DNA of 64,000 bases from the human T2T-CHM13v2.0 reference genome, Homo sapiens (GCF_009914755.1 NC_060926.1); one strand, 5' to 3'; numbered from the stretch's first letter, positions 12,259 through 30,294 are shown. Notes: a model not told the origin generated them from the letters alone. Numbers and translations: made by a program.

Positions 12259-13274
12259 ATGGGGAAAAAACAGAACAGAAAAACTGGAAACTCTAAAACG
12301 CAGAGCGCCTCTCCTCCTCCAAAGGAACGCAGTTCCTCACCAGCAACGGAACAAAGCTGGATGGAGAATGATTTTGACGAGCTGAGAGAAGAAGGCTTCA
12401 GACGATCAAATTACTCTGAGCTACGGGAGGACATTCAAACCAAAGGCAAAGAAGTTGAAAACTTTGAAAAAAATTTAGAAGAATGTATAACTAGAATAAC
12501 CAATACAGAGAAGTGCTTAAAGGAGCTGATGGAGCTGAAAACCAAGGCTCGAGAACTACGTGAAGAATGCAGAAGCCTCAGGAGCCGATGCGATCAACTG
12601 GAAGAAAGGGTATCAGCGATGGAAGATGAAATGAATGAAATGAAGCGAGAAGGGAAGTTTAGAGAAAAAAGAATAAAAAGAAATGAGCAAAGCCTCCAAG
12701 AAATATGGGACTATGTGAAAAGACCAAATCTACGTCTGATTGGTGTACCTGAAAGTGATATGGAGAATGGAACCAAGTTGGAAAACACTCTGCAGGATAT
12801 TATCCAGGAGAACTTCCCCAATCTAGCAAGGCAGGCCAACGTTCAGATTCAGGAAATACAGAGAACACCACAAAGATACTCCTCGAGAAGAGCAACTCCA
12901 AGACACATAATTGTCAGATTCACCAAAGTTGAAATGAAGGAAAAATGTTAAGGGCAGCCAGAGAGAAAGGTCGGGTTACCCTCAAAGGAAAGCCCATCAG
13001 ACTAACAGCGGATCTCTCAGCAGAAACCCTACAAGCCAGAAGAGAGTGGGGGCCAATATTCAACATTCTTAAAGAAAAGAATTTTCAACCCAGAATTTCA
13101 TATCCAGCCAAACTAAGCTTCATAAGTGAAGGAGAAATAAAATACTTTATAGACAAGCAAATGCTGAGAGATTTTGTCACCACGAGGCCTGCCCTAAAAG
13201 AGCTCCTGAAGGAAGCGCTAAACATGGAAAGGAACAACCGGTACCAGCCGCTGCAAAATCATGCCAAAATGTAA
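12259..13274 (+). pseudogene. ORF1: L1 ORF1p, frameshifted
   Basis: MGKKQNRKTGNSK...NHAKM split into 230 aa and 109 aa by loss of one A in the run at 12941-12945 (EMKEK/MLRAARE). Confidence 0.93.
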
Positions 13275-13310
13275 AGACCATCGAGACTAGGAAGAAACTG
13301 CATCAACTAA

Positions 13311-17165
<3,855 letters not shown>

Positions 17166-17384
17166 ACAATGAGATCACATGGACACAGGAAGGGGAATAT
17201 CACACTCTGGGGACTGTGGTGGGGTTGGGGGAGGGGGGAGGGATAGCATTGGGAGATATACCTAATGCTAGATGACACGTTAGTGGGTGCAGCGCACCAG
17301 CATGGCACATGTATACATATGTAACTAACCTGCACAATGTGCACATGTACCCTAAAACTTAAAGTATAATTAAAAAAAATAAAA

Positions 17385-17395
17385 AAGATACTGTC
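17385..17395 (+). repeat. target-site duplication (right), AAGATACTGTC
   Basis: Identical to 11341-11351. Confidence 0.95.
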
Positions 17396-17685
17396 ACAGA
17401 CCAGAGGAGGTTAAGGAGACACAACAACTAAATGGTATCTCGGGTAGGACTCTGAAACAGATAAAGGACAATGTGGAAAACTATTGAAATCTGAATAAAA
17501 GGTAAACTTTATTTGATAATAGTAATGTATCAATGTTGGTTCCTTATGACATATGTATCATAAGAATGTAAGATGTCATTCATAGGAGAACTGAGTGAGG
17601 GACATACTGGGAAGCTCTATACTGTCTTTCCAATATTTCTATATTTGTAAAGCTATTCTAAAGTGAAAAGTTCATTTTTAAATGG
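17396..17685 (+). mobile_element. old L1M 3' end, right part
   Basis: ggagacacaacaactaaatg...gtatcaatgttggttcc...ctattctaaagtgaaaagttc is typical of an L1M 3' terminus. Confidence 0.7.
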
Positions 17686-17707
17686 AGAAAATGAAAAACT
17701 ACCTGGT

Positions 17708-17890
17708 CTGGAATGTTATAACTAGAAGGAATCTTTAGAGACCACCTAAACAAACCCTTTGTCATCTGTGGAAACCAAGGCCCAGAGTGGCTCAGTGTTA
17801 TGCTCAAAGTTACACAGTGAGGAGAAGAACTAGAACTGAAGCCAGGGTCTCTTCCACCTCAGTGCGAGCTGTGCCCTGTTGCAGCATGCT
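17708..17890 (-). mobile_element. MIR-family SINE
   Basis: ggaaaccaaggcccagagtgg...ctcaaagttacacag...agaactgaagccagggtctc. Confidence 0.6.
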
Positions 17891-19699
17891 AAGAATGGAG
17901 GGATGAGAACCCTCCAAATAGAAGTTGAATGTTAGCTTTGGAAGACAACGCTGCCCCTTGAATCAAATGGTCTGTCTTTTAGGGTAGGACCATGAGGAGG
18001 AAGACCCAGTCCCACACACTGCCTGGCAAGGTGGAGAGTCATCACAGGCAGAGGCAGGAGGCTCTACCATGGCCCCTTGGGCAGAAGTGGTCTGAATTTT
18101 TCATTAGCTTCAGAGGCTAAAAGCATCTTATTTTGCTTGTTGTGCCTGTTTTCCTCTGGGGGAAAAAAATAGAACCTTGGTTCAAGAATTAGTTGGGAGC
18201 CAGCAAAAATGAATAGTGATGAGGCTATTTCTATCAAAATAGCTTCATTACCATGCCACTGTCTGATAAAACCAAATGTTCAACTCTCTCTAACAAGAAA
18301 GTTGTTAAAGGCAGCGTCCTTCCACCTTTTGGCATGAAAGAATCTATAGCTTAAATATTTGAAAGATCTCCCCATTGACACACACCCATTTCTGATTGAA
18401 CCAAATTTGGGTACACATTTTCTCCAGTACAATTTTAAATAATCTAAGAAGATAATAAAATATCACTAGTTTGGGGCTTTTTTAAATGCTTGGTTTTATC
18501 TTTAAAAAAAAAAGCATACACACTTAAGAATGCTATATAAGAATGATTTGCCTTAATTCTGGAGGGGAAAATACTTTTTAAAACTCAGAAAGCTAATGCG
18601 CTTGGCCATAGGTCAGGCTTCAGGAATTGTGTAAAATTATTCAAATACTCCCTGATGTTTTTCATCCACAAGACAATAGAGACTGTTCATTAAATGTGGT
18701 AGGGGGAGAGTCTGTCAGCTGAACACTTCTGCCATCTTGATGTATCCCAGATCCAAAATAAAATGAGAATCTGTTTTTCTATCTCCAACAGAGGAGAGGT
18801 GGTCAGATCTCTAGTATCCCCAGAACGGGAACTAGAATTCACATTTGACAAGACTAAATTCCCATGACAGGAGCCAGTTTCTGTGCAATCGGGAGTTCAT
18901 CTGTCATTCTTCCTCTGCCCTTCCTCATTGTAACCTGTGATCAAGAAAGTGTAGAAGGAAATAACTACCCAAATGAAACAATATCTCACAAACCATAGGA
19001 GCTAGACTCCAAACCAAAGTCCTCCAGTGGATCATTATCATTTTAGCAGGATAGTTTGTTTCCTCCAAGAAAGAAATGAATGGGCAAAACTCCAGATTGG
19101 AAAGTCATGAGTCACTCATCCTCTATTTCCACCTGCCCCTTCCCCTTGCAGAGGAGTCTCAGAAGTTTATCACTCAGCCCGAGTCAGAGCAGTCCATCTG
19201 TCTGCTTGGTCAATCCAGGAACAGTTAACCTCGATGATTATTTTCCACTCAGTAGTAAAACCTTTCCCTTCACACAGCTTGAGAGTTCTGACTCTTCACT
19301 TTCACTCACTCTGCCAGCCATTTAAGCCAGAAACTCCAGGCAGGCTGAGTGGAAGACATCATTTGTAAACTCTGCTTGCCAAGGCAGGAGGTCTAGGGGG
19401 CTCTCCGAACCACTGCAATAGAGCCTTTTAACACGGAACAGTGCAAATTGTCCACCAGGGATGACTTGAAATATATCTTCAATGCACAGTGCCTGGTGCC
19501 TCCAACCTGGCTCCAACTGAGTTTCTACCACTTACGAAGGACTCTTACAAAACAGCCCTATGGATCCTCTCTGGCTGTAGTAAAAGAGGCAGCTTCAAAT
19601 AAATTAGGGAAAATTCAAGATGGGAGACAAAAGAATGGGAATGTTCTTGTAAAAATTTGAGTCACTTGTCCCTGAACAAGATACTGTTATCTTGCTAAA

Positions 19700-19735
19700 T
19701 ACACGCACACACACACACACATACACACACACACA
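19700..19735. repeat. (CA)n microsatellite
   Basis: Visible interrupted CA run. Confidence 0.85.
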
Positions 19736-19759
19736 GAGGCAGCTACTGAAAGCAAATCC

Positions 19760-20070
19760 ACTTGTTAATGTTCAACTCTCCTATCTGGCTACGGAATAGG
19801 CTAGCAATAAAGGGCAGTTAGATCAGTTCTTTTAGGCGCACACACCACTGATAAATCAGAAACAATAAAGCTGGAGACAGGCTTGCTGGGCCCCAGCTGG
19901 TATTGCTTATATCTGTCCTAAGCAATCAGGAATCATGGAGAAACTTCTTTTTGGAACGCCTAACCGCAAGACTTCACAGTGACCGCCTCAATCCCACATG
20001 CCCATGTGCTGAAGGGGGTTCTGGGGAGTGAATACCTTTATTCTTTCTGACAAGATCAATCAGTCTCTCT
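19760..20070. promoter_or_regulatory. candidate enhancer (PBX-HOX/MEIS motifs)
   Basis: CTGATAAATCAG (19848-19859); TGACA plus ATCAATCA (20048-20062); AACAAT; repeat-free. Confidence 0.3.
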
Positions 20071-22939
20071 GGAATCTCCCCATGGCCCACTTCTCACTGG
20101 CCAGCTCCCTTCCTCTATCCCACCCCCACATCTAAGAAAAAAACATTAAAACAATGAGGCATTGCCTTTTTCCTTTTCTTTTGCCAGAGGCTAGCCAAAC
20201 TCTGCTACACTCTGACGCAAAGCACACCTTAAGGAGTCATCTCCAAGAGGGTAAAGGGAGGCATTGTACCCTAAAATCCAGAGAAGTCAAAATCGCACAC
20301 AGCACACCCGAGTCCTCACACAATAGAGTCTGTACTTCCACCAGGCCAATTAACTGGATTTCTACCTGAAATCTCTCCCACATCAAACTAAAAATCCTGG
20401 CAAGGTACAGGGGTTCAGTGACACAAGCTCATTTTCCCACTGCAGGCCCAAAAAGCATGGTGGTTCTCTGGCCAGAAACAAGCCCTCCCTCCCACAGCAT
20501 CATTTCTCTCACACCTGTTCACACACAGAAACATGGGCCCAGCCTGTCCCAGGCTAGAAGCACACTCTGGGCACATCCCAGCCTTTGCAAATAGACTGGC
20601 TTCCTCTCCATCCTCTCATTGTGGGGGCCACAAATAGAATCTCATTTTCATTAATTACTGCAGCCTCTACCTATTGTCAGTCATCAGAACCTGCCATATG
20701 GTTACCATCAGGTGCGCTCAAGTTCCTATCATGTGGCATTCCCGGATGCCCTAAATAGATATTGCAGAATCTGCTTGTGTTTTTACAGGGCCATTTATAT
20801 TTCAAAGGAGCTCATTCTGCTTCAAGAGGTTGCTAAAGGGGGCCTTTCTGTTCAGCACTGCACTCTATTGAAAACCCCATGCTTCCTATTGAACATTGCA
20901 TCCCTTCTCTCAAACACCACTGCCATAATGGGGAGCATCCTGTAGACTATTGCCTTTGAGAAAGACAGTCTAGGGGTTTTTTTTTTCTATCATTTTAGGC
21001 AGGGGAAGCATGGGAGAGGATGCCAGGAGGATTGGTGAAAGGGTATATCAACTCTCAGTCAAAACTAGATTCATGAAGAACAAGAATAACTCAGGAGAGC
21101 CTCAAAGAAATCACGTCCATAAACTATGTCATGTCTTACATAACTATGAAGAAATCCCTTTAAATATTTTTATATCTGCCACTGACCAAAATACAAATCC
21201 CTCCCATCTTTGTGCTTTTGGGAATACTGTAAGAAGAAGGACACCTCATGAGAAACCTCCAAGCCATATAATATGCTTATAGAACAACCCAGTCCATCCT
21301 GCTCTCCATGATTTCATCAGCTGTCTAGACCTTGAGTGTGTCCGTTCATTTTCCGTCACCACAGGTGTAATCATTGGAAAATGCCCCTCTGAATCCTGAC
21401 ACTCTGAAGGAGGTATAGCGTCATGTGGCCTGGGTAGGCAAAGCCCTGTATTAAATTCTGAAACAAACTTGGCATCTGATTGGATGTGATCTTCTATCCG
21501 CAGTTGCAGTGGCTTTTGAGTTACAGGCCATATTTCTAGTGGTTGCATACAGCCTGCAGGACTGGATTGATGCCCAACTTTAGAGTTTTGTGATGACATT
21601 ACCATCAGTGGGACATTTCTAGAAAATTTATCCAACATATAATTTTGTAAGTTGGGTTTACATAGACATGTGTTTGTTGTCTATGTCTATGCTAAACATA
21701 TAAACACTTCCTATTTCTGGGTTTAACCTGAAACTCACACCTCTTAGGACTTGGTGGCGCTGGAGAATAAACCATTAGCTCTACACAGAGACCCAGAAGT
21801 ATACACACACATACATATGTACATACATACACATATACATGCTTCCTCGCAGTGATTAGTAGAGAGAATTAAGATGAAGTGCAGAATGCTGGCTTAAATT
21901 CCACAGTCAGTACAGTTGTAAAATATTCACTGTCTTACCCAAGGTGATTCTCTGTTCTAAATTATTTCCTATTAGCCAAAGATTTTCAGCATTGCCCAGT
22001 AGCTTCCCAGGATGGACTAAATTATATTTTTCCAGCCTGAGAACAGAAGAGTCTTTGGAACAAGGCACTTTCTGTTTACCCATAGGCATAACCTTCTTTA
22101 AAAAAGCGAGTGTGACACAGGCATGCTATATTTGCTTGCCCTCTTTGTAGACAAACTTGTGGGTGACAAGGGGTGGCCACATCTCTGGCAGACAGGTATC
22201 AAATGCACTCAGTAATTTATCTGCTCTTGGGAGGGGAAGCACTCACATATACAACAGTAGTGTCCAAGCTGGTCACTGTGGCCTCACAGCCATTTCATAA
22301 ATAGAAACCAACTCCATTCAAGGAAAAATGAGTCACCAGAACAAAAGAGCAGGTCTGTAACCAGGGCTCAAGGTCACATTTCTACAAACACCTGCTTGTT
22401 CTCAGATAACACCTGCTCATACTCTCAAACAAAAAAGGGCAGGGCTCTGTCGATAAAGTCTTCTGCCCTAGGCTCTGAAGGGAGTTGCAACCCTCCTGGT
22501 ATGGTTAAAGGACAGATAATAGGTAGAGCTGACTTTCCTCTCTGCTTGAGCCCCATGTGGAGATTCTTTGGCATGCGGTCAGGGCAGCTTTTAGGCGCCC
22601 CACAGCCTGTGCTAAGATCTTGCGTTCAGTATGACCAGAGCAAGTACCCAAAGCGTATGTCATGTCAACTGGGTAGAATAAGTCCCTAGTTGAGGCAATA
22701 TCCGGAGAAAATTACCATTAAATATATAGGACGCTTTTTCTCTGTTATTCTCACACAACAAACCGCAGTTACTATAGCTTTCAAATTCAAATTAGAATTC
22801 TAAAGGCTTTCGATGAAGAGAGTGTGGGTTAAAAGAGGAGACCAAAAAAGGAGTCTCTAAGTCTCTCACCTTGTATATTTTATATACTGGGCTTCTGAAC
22901 ATGACTTCATTCTTACCAAAGTGAGGTAAAGATGGTATT

Positions 22940-23115
22940 TGCTACTGCTCCCATTGACAGGTAAAATCTAGTTCCCCTCCCCTTGAAGTTGGTGGAATCT
23001 GTGGTGGACCTGTGGTGAGCAGTAGAATACAGCAGAAGTGACACTGTGCCAGTTTTCCAGGACCCGGTCTTAAGAGATTGGAAATTTTCATTTCCTCTTG
23101 TACAGAAACTTGCTT
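22940..23115 (+). mobile_element. MLT1 (ERVL-MaLR) LTR fragment
   Basis: ctcccattgacagg...tcccctcccccttgaa...agaatacagcagaagtgacactgtgccagttttc...cttaagagattgg. Confidence 0.65.
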
Positions 23116-24739
23116 CTTGAGTTTCAAGTCAGGCTTGGACTAGAGCATTGCCTGCTGCCCCTGGTGTGGCTAATCCTATGTGGGCAACAACATTTCTCAA
23201 AGCCAAGACTGCAAAAGACCACAGCTACAATAAAGGAGGTCTGTGATATTAGAAACCCTTCAGAGTGCTCTAAAAGCAGAGCTCACCAAGAGTCTAAGAC
23301 TTTAACCACAAGACATGGCATATCTACACTTGACAGCATGCCTATATTGTTCTTGAGCTGATTTCCATATGATTATTGGATGAGATAAACTAGACCACAA
23401 TGAGGGGCTGAACTGAGTGACACAGATCATTAGGAAGCTTGGGAAAGGGTGGAGTCCCATGGCTTGCAGTGCGGATGGGTTTCTTAGAGGAGTGGAATAT
23501 GTATGTGGTCCTGACTAGGGGTAGGCAAGACAGAGATGAGTGAGGATAATAATATCAACCAAGACATGTCACTAAGAGCAGACGTGGCCTGTCTTATCCT
23601 GTTCTCCTCTCACATTCTTGATAAACAACCCTAAGACAGGACCAACTAGCTAGTAGGTATGCAAGAAATGTGTTGAATTTGGACTTGGAATTGAATTAAA
23701 GTGAATTGGAATTGACCCCTACTCAATTTAAAAATAAGCTTGAAATCCTGACCACAATTAAACGGGAAACCAGAGCTTCCTGCCAGTCCAGGAGTTTGTT
23801 CCTTAAATGCAAGTGGCAGCCTTCAGCCTGCCTTCAGTTACTTTTATTGGGGCAAATCCAAGTTGATTCATGTGAAGTTAGTGTCAGGCTTAGGCCTACC
23901 TGGGGACATGGGGGAAGAATTCTGGGCATTCTCTTTTCCTCCCCAGGTCGAGAAACTTCCACCCCTAAGGCTACCTTCTCTGTCTAGATCCATATGCGTT
24001 CTCACCCACTTCCCCAGGGATTGTATTTGCTCCATTCACAACTTTATTCTCACATCTAATTTGATCCTCTTTCTTCTTTTTCTTCCAGGTCTAGGCTGGA
24101 GTTCACCTTCAATAGTATAGAGCAGAGAAAAGGAGATCTAACCCAGCGTTTAGAAGCCTGCCTCACCCTTGTTCTTCCCCATCCTCTTCTAGGTGCCACC
24201 GCCTCCCATGTGAGGAAGTAAAGGAGGAAAAGGATAGCCAGATTCCTATGTGGCTGAAGACCTTACCATAGTCTTCTTACTGTTCACAACTGTTATTCTA
24301 ACTAATCGTCCCTAGGCTCACTAATATCAGGTGGGAGCATCAACCTGCCCTGTTGACAGGTCATGACCCCCAAACAGCTTCCCTGGGGGCTACAGCCAGG
24401 TAATTTGGAGCGTATTTTCTGACTAACGTCAACCACATTCCTTAGCTGCAGTAGTGTCTGGAAGTCAGTGCCTCCGCTGTCATCAACTGTCCGTGGACTG
24501 CAGGAAGACCTACAGGCAAAGGCAGGATCTGTCTTCTGTACTTCTCAGAGATTGACATGGGGACTTCATGCACACTACCCTTCCCCACAGCTGTCTCTGA
24601 TCTACTGGTCCTTACATGGAGGAGGTGGGGTGGTTAGGCTGGTTCTCTGAGCTGACACCAACCCGGAAGCCCTGTAGAGAAGTGAGTGTCCTGAATGCAT
24701 TTTGTCCTCAGCCTTAAGCCTCAGACACAACTAATGACC

Positions 24740-24840
24740 ACAGGGCCCATCAGTCATTTTTTGACATTTGTTTTACATATTGAGCTTCCAAAATTTTTTC
24801 TGAAAAATTCCTCTCTTAAAAGGTCTAAAAACCACTGCTC
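24740..24840 (+). mobile_element. MER103-like hAT-Charlie fragment
   Basis: tgttttacatattgagcttcc...aaaaccactg terminus; weaker similar pieces near 22780-22930 and 51915-52010. Confidence 0.4.
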
Positions 24841-25494
24841 TCCACCATCAAGCCCAGCCCCAATTCTATGGCTCTTGTGTTCTTTCTAACAGTTTCAGTT
24901 GTTTAAGTTGTACTTCCTCATGTGTTAGGGAAGGGCCTTGTCTTCCTCCTCCCTGCTCCAGATCTTGCCCCTTGCACATGCTTGGCACGCCAGTGCCCAG
25001 GGATGCCCATGGGTGGCCATTCTGCTCACCGTCCAGGTTCTACCCTGACTACTTGCTATGTGAATCGCAGCAGGGTCTTGCTAACAGCATATTGGAAATG
25101 CAGCTTTCCTGGCCCACATGGACAGGTTTTTTGTCTATTTTCGTCCTTTCCCTGCTCTGTTTAAATATGGTGTCTGTGACTGAGTTTCGTGTTCCGGAGG
25201 CACGCGGTCCAGAGAGAAAGAGCCAGAGTTGCTTCTCTGCCTTGGCGCTCAGGAAAGAGCAAATGGGGCTGCCACCTGCCCGGTCTGGGGATGGTTCCAG
25301 AATGGCTCAGGTTATTCACAGCACAGATCCACCCGGGGGTAAAAATACCATCCCAGAAGGACTCTCCTTCTAGCCACAAAAATACCTATATGGGTATAAA
25401 GACATACTCAAAAAATGACACAAGGTTTGGGAGAAATCATCTCCTTGGAAAAGAACTAAAGTAATTAGTACTGGCCTTACAAAAGAGAAGATAA

Positions 25495-25680
25495 AGAGAT
25501 CCAGGAGGAAAGAATGAGGGCAGTTCAAGAAGGGTATAAACTTAAGCAAGAGAAATATTGTTTAGACTATAAGAAGAACTCCCTGACCATGAGACTTGGG
25601 AAGACATTTACAAGGTGTCACCTTTGGAGATGTAAAAGATAAGATCAGCTCTCCCCTGTAAGGGATCAAAAGGAGACTGG
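25495..25680 (+). mobile_element. CR1/L3 LINE 3' fragment
   Basis: aacttaagcaagagaaatattgtttagactataagaagaactccctgaccatgag...cacctttggagatg resembles the CR1 3' coding tail. Confidence 0.55.
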
Positions 25681-27269
25681 ATCCAAAGCAAAGGGTTAAG
25701 CCAGGTTATTGTACAAAGTTCCCACTGGCCTTGGCCATCTACAATAAATTTTTGAGGATCGACTTCCTCAGTAGAAGAGCTTGTCCTTTTCAAGCCCCTT
25801 GTCCATATGTCTCCTTTTGAGTTTTATCTTTCCATTACAATACTATTTACACAATCTCTGTGTGACACATGAGACTCGGGGGTGCATGAAATGAAGAGAT
25901 AGACTCACCTTTATAGAAGGTCCAAATTTCGACACATTCCTTCTGGGTTTCTGGGATTCCCTTCCCTGGACCCGGCTCTCACAAAGATTTCTCCACCTTA
26001 TGCTTCACCACTGGCATCCTACACCCTCCTCTCTACTTTTCTCTACCTGCCTTAGAACCAGTCTCACACTTTCTGAGCTTGTCTCATTCAACCACTTGCA
26101 TGTCATGAGAAGTAGTATTGCCACATTTCACACAACAACTTTGGAAGTGGATATTCCCAAGAATTTGTTACAAATTCTATTCTGCCTTTGACTTGGCCTT
26201 ATCCCTAGGGACTAAGATGCACCCAGAGAATCTGTCCTTAAGCGCCAAAGAAGGAGTCATTACCAATATGGCTGTATTTCTAATTGGCTTCTTCAGGGTC
26301 CTGGCCCTGTAGACATTGATCCTGCATCTTTTACCAGCAGTATGTTTTCTTCAGCTCTGCAAAGTTATTCTGACTCTCAATGTAAATCCAGGGAGAAAAG
26401 AGGAAAAATAATTGTCCAAATTCTCAAGAAGGTATTAGAAAACAAATTGCTAAAATACAGAAAAAAATTGCTGTACCATTGGGTGGTTAATGTTTAAAAT
26501 AAACTAAAGCATTTCCCTTCATGCCAGGCTGAGAAACAGAGTTCTGGCTCCTTCCCTCTGGACTGCATGCTTCAGGGACATGAAACACAATCCAGAAACC
26601 ATATTTAAGCAAAGCATGAAAAGACTGAACATAGACAAACACCTGCCTTTGTAGAAAAGGAACATTTCATGGAGCGTGTAGAGTACAAACCTACTAATTA
26701 ATGAGAAATGGCCTGATCACGCATTCCAAGGGTATTCATTTCTCAGGTTGGAGTTTTCTGATATTTTCATTTCCTTTGAATACAAGCTTGTCTCTTCATT
26801 AATGTTATACAATATTCAAATGCTGGCCAACAAAAAAAGGAACCACTTAAGACATTAAAACCTATTGTTGGAATTGTTCAGCCGGCAAACCCTCTCAAGC
26901 TCAAAAACATCCATGTTTCAAGAACACACTCTTGTAGCAGGTGACTGTGAGCTGCTGCCCATGATGAAGCAACAGCCCAAATGCAGGGGACAAGAAAGGA
27001 ACAGTTCCAACTCCAAAGGATCAATACATGAAAATAGAGTCACGTGGCAAAATGCACTCAGTTCTGTTATTGCAGCAAGTTCTTTTTGTTCCATCTGAGG
27101 AATTAATTTGAGAATAAAGTATTTCAAATATCAAACTAACTAGAAACAGCTGTTGCTATTTCCTCTGCTTTGGAAGCCCCCACATAATTTCAGATCCACA
27201 ATCAACACAAGGAAATTCTGTGGAAACATCCTAGGTCAATGTCCATGGACCTCAGAAAAGAAAAGCAGC

Positions 27270-27410
27270 AATAATAAAAATAATGAAAGCTAATAGTACC
27301 ATGTTTGCTAAGAGCTAGGCACTGTCCTAAGTGCTTTATACTTGATTCTCATGAAATCTTGGTGATGTAGGTAGGATCATCATTCTCATCACCCAGACAA
27401 GGAGACAGGC
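27270..27410 (-). mobile_element. MIR SINE fragment
   Basis: gctaggcactgtcctaagtgctttatac...gtaggtaggatcatcattctc. Confidence 0.6.
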
Positions 27411-27479
27411 TGCTTGTTTTGGCTGAAGAAAGATGTGGGTTCCCAGAGAGAAGCCATAGATCTTCCTACCTCCTGCAAT

Positions 27480-27740
27480 ACTAATAATAATAAACACTAA
27501 AATTTATTGAACCTCAAATGCGCCACACACCGTGCAGAATGCTTTAGCATTTTATCTCAGTCAATCCTCACAATAAACATAAGCTAGACATTTTCCCCAT
27601 TTCACCTATTAGGCAACTGAGGCTTAGTGAGGTTAAAAAAAAAAAACATAGCCCAAAGTAACAAATCTAGAATGCAGTAGAGGTTGGATATGAATCCAGT
27701 CCATCTCATTTCAAAATCTTGGCTCCTAAATTCTACTCTA
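27480..27740 (-). mobile_element. MIR SINE
   Basis: atttattgaac...aatcctcacaat...aactgaggcttagtgaggtt...gaatccagtccatc; near full length. Confidence 0.75.
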
Positions 27741-30294
27741 TTCTCCCTGCTGGGTACTTCCCATTTCTAGGGCACTTACAGTTACCATCAAAACGTGGCC
27801 TCTTAGGTTATTTTCATCGAGTTTAAAAGTCCTTCCTGAGGCTGGAGACAGCCAAGCGGATTGCTCCCAGAGAGCCTGGTGGCACCGTTGCCATCCGTTG
27901 GCCTCAGCCACAGCTGTGGTTTCCAAAGGAAATAACTCATGCGGCCGTTAGTCGCACCTGTCACTCATTGGAGCCAGGACTTGCATCAGAACACTGGGGC
28001 CCCACAGGGAAGACAACAGCAGCTACGTCAAACTGATGGGCATCAACACATCATTATGGATGTGTGAGCCTGCTTCCCTCGATCAGTCCCACTGTGATCC
28101 ATTCTCCCTGTTTCGGAAGGTCAGGGAGAACAGCACTAGACCATGTGCGTTCTGCATCTGTGGAGACAGCCTATCCCAATGCCCTGGGCAGGAAGAGGTA
28201 TTGGAAAATCTACAGGTGTGGTCTAAATTAGGTGAAGCACCTTCAAGCTCCCCTTGATGAAAAAGGCAAGGAACTGAAAGACAATGCTAAAAGAAGTAAC
28301 CCAAACAAGAAATGTCAACAAATGGCCTGTGAGAACTGGGGTCTTTCTAGCAGGCCCAGAAGGAGGAGAGGGCACATGGAACCTTCAGGCCCTGGTGAAG
28401 CGACAGGAATTAAATGAGGACACAAGGAAAGGAAAATCTTCAGGGTTGTTCATGATGGTGTCAAATTCAGAGAGATCTAGGATGAATAGTGTCAACTTGA
28501 TTGAGTTGAATGCAATCCTGTAAACATTAATGGAGCATCAACTAAGCCTCTCCACCAAAATGTAAGGAATACATTTCAGAGTTATCGTACCTGCATCTTG
28601 ACATACTCTTACTGAGGAGCCAAGCCATATGTGCTCATCGCCCTTAAATAACAAGAAAGCCTGGCGTGTGAGTAAGTGCTAGGATGAGTGGGGAGTTCCG
28701 TGAAAATCAGAGTATGGAGGTATGTGCGTGCTTAGGTGGGCAGAAAACTCTTTGTGAGTGAGGTAGGATTTGGTCTGGGGCCCAGAGCTGGTTCTGTAGA
28801 ATTCTAGCACTCAAATCCTCTCTCCCTAGCCGCAGCCTCCAAATTTACCTGCAAAGGCATCTGAGAGAACCAACAGTCGTGCTCTAATCCTGAATTATTT
28901 CTGTTCTGTGACATGTGGTTTCCAACACTACCTTCATATGGATCTTTGAATCCCTCCCAGGACTCAGTCTTCCCCTGTGGATACTGAAAATCTTTAGTCC
29001 TGCACCCTACAAGCTCTATCAGCTGTTTCGTCATGCAGTAGTTTTCTGGGGGTCAGTACTCAGAAGAAGGGAGAAAAGGACTGAGTAATTGGGTTATCAC
29101 GATGTCTTTTCAGTTGAAGAATTTTCCAAAAGTAAAGTAAAACTACATATTTTTTAAAGGAATGTCAATTTTTAATCTTTAAAATATAACCATGGAAATG
29201 GATTTGGCCAATGTAGCAATGCACAAATATCTTACCTACCTTTGTACTATTCAATCTATAGAGAGGACAGAGTAAATTTTAAATTTGTCATGTAAAAAGT
29301 AATGGCACAAGTGTCCCTGTAATCCAATATCTTCCCGTCATTGAGTCAAAACTACCCTCCATCATCCTTGATGAAGTTGAGAATGCATATTGCTAACAGA
29401 TGAGAATGTCTAATGTCTTTAGAAATACTAGGTTAAGATGCCTTTGTCAATAATCTCTTCTTTGCTCTACACATTTAGATAGTACTCTCTCTCTACTAAA
29501 TTGCCTGTCATAAATCCTGGAACTCAAAAACAGTCTAATGCATCCCATCCTAAAGGTTTTCTTCAGATGCTCTGAAGCCACCTGAGGACAGCAACACCCG
29601 CTGTGACTGAAAAATCCAATGCGTTTGTTTCTCCCATATGGCATTGAGGTTTCATTAAGCTCTCCTGAGCATCTGAGAATATTTTCCTTGGAAGACTGTG
29701 GTGTTTGGATCACTCAAGTAGAATATCAGCTCCCCAAACACAAACTCATCCTCAAAGTCTTCTCCTTTTGTGTCCTGTGGCACCAAGCACAGTGCCAGGC
29801 ACACTAGAGGCATTGGATAAACATGTGTGCAACTAGGCAAATCAAAACAATGGCCAGAACAAAAATCATCACAGCAGAACCAGAAGGCAAGATTCAGGTT
29901 CTGAGACAGAGTTTGCGTCAGGAAGTGAACATCAGGCAGGGAAAGATAGTTGAAGCTCTTACTAACTTTGAATTCTCTATCTCCCTGTCCAGCCCTCCCT
30001 GATCAATAATCCAATCTTGGGATTCAGTCAAGATAAACTAAAATGTCAGCAAGCTAACAGTAGACTGTGATCTTTTGTCTATTTCTTCAGAGCATAGCAC
30101 TATGTTTGGCACATTGTAAGGGCTAAACAATGTTTATTGCTTAAACCATCTGAGCTCTTATATAATAGAGACAAACTTCAAGAGCTGTTGGAAGGATTAA
30201 ATTAGAATTCAAAAGGTTAAATTAAATTAGAATTAGAAGCCACTAATTCAGAGAAAGCACTAAATAGATGCTAGTTCCCTTCCTGTTTTCAAGA

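Noticed and set aside
21246-21638. 130-aa minus-strand ORF
   Set aside because: No recognisable homology or exon boundaries
25895-26050. Minus-strand donor AAG/GTGAGT
   Set aside because: Good donor but no upstream pyrimidine-tract acceptor; cannot define an exon
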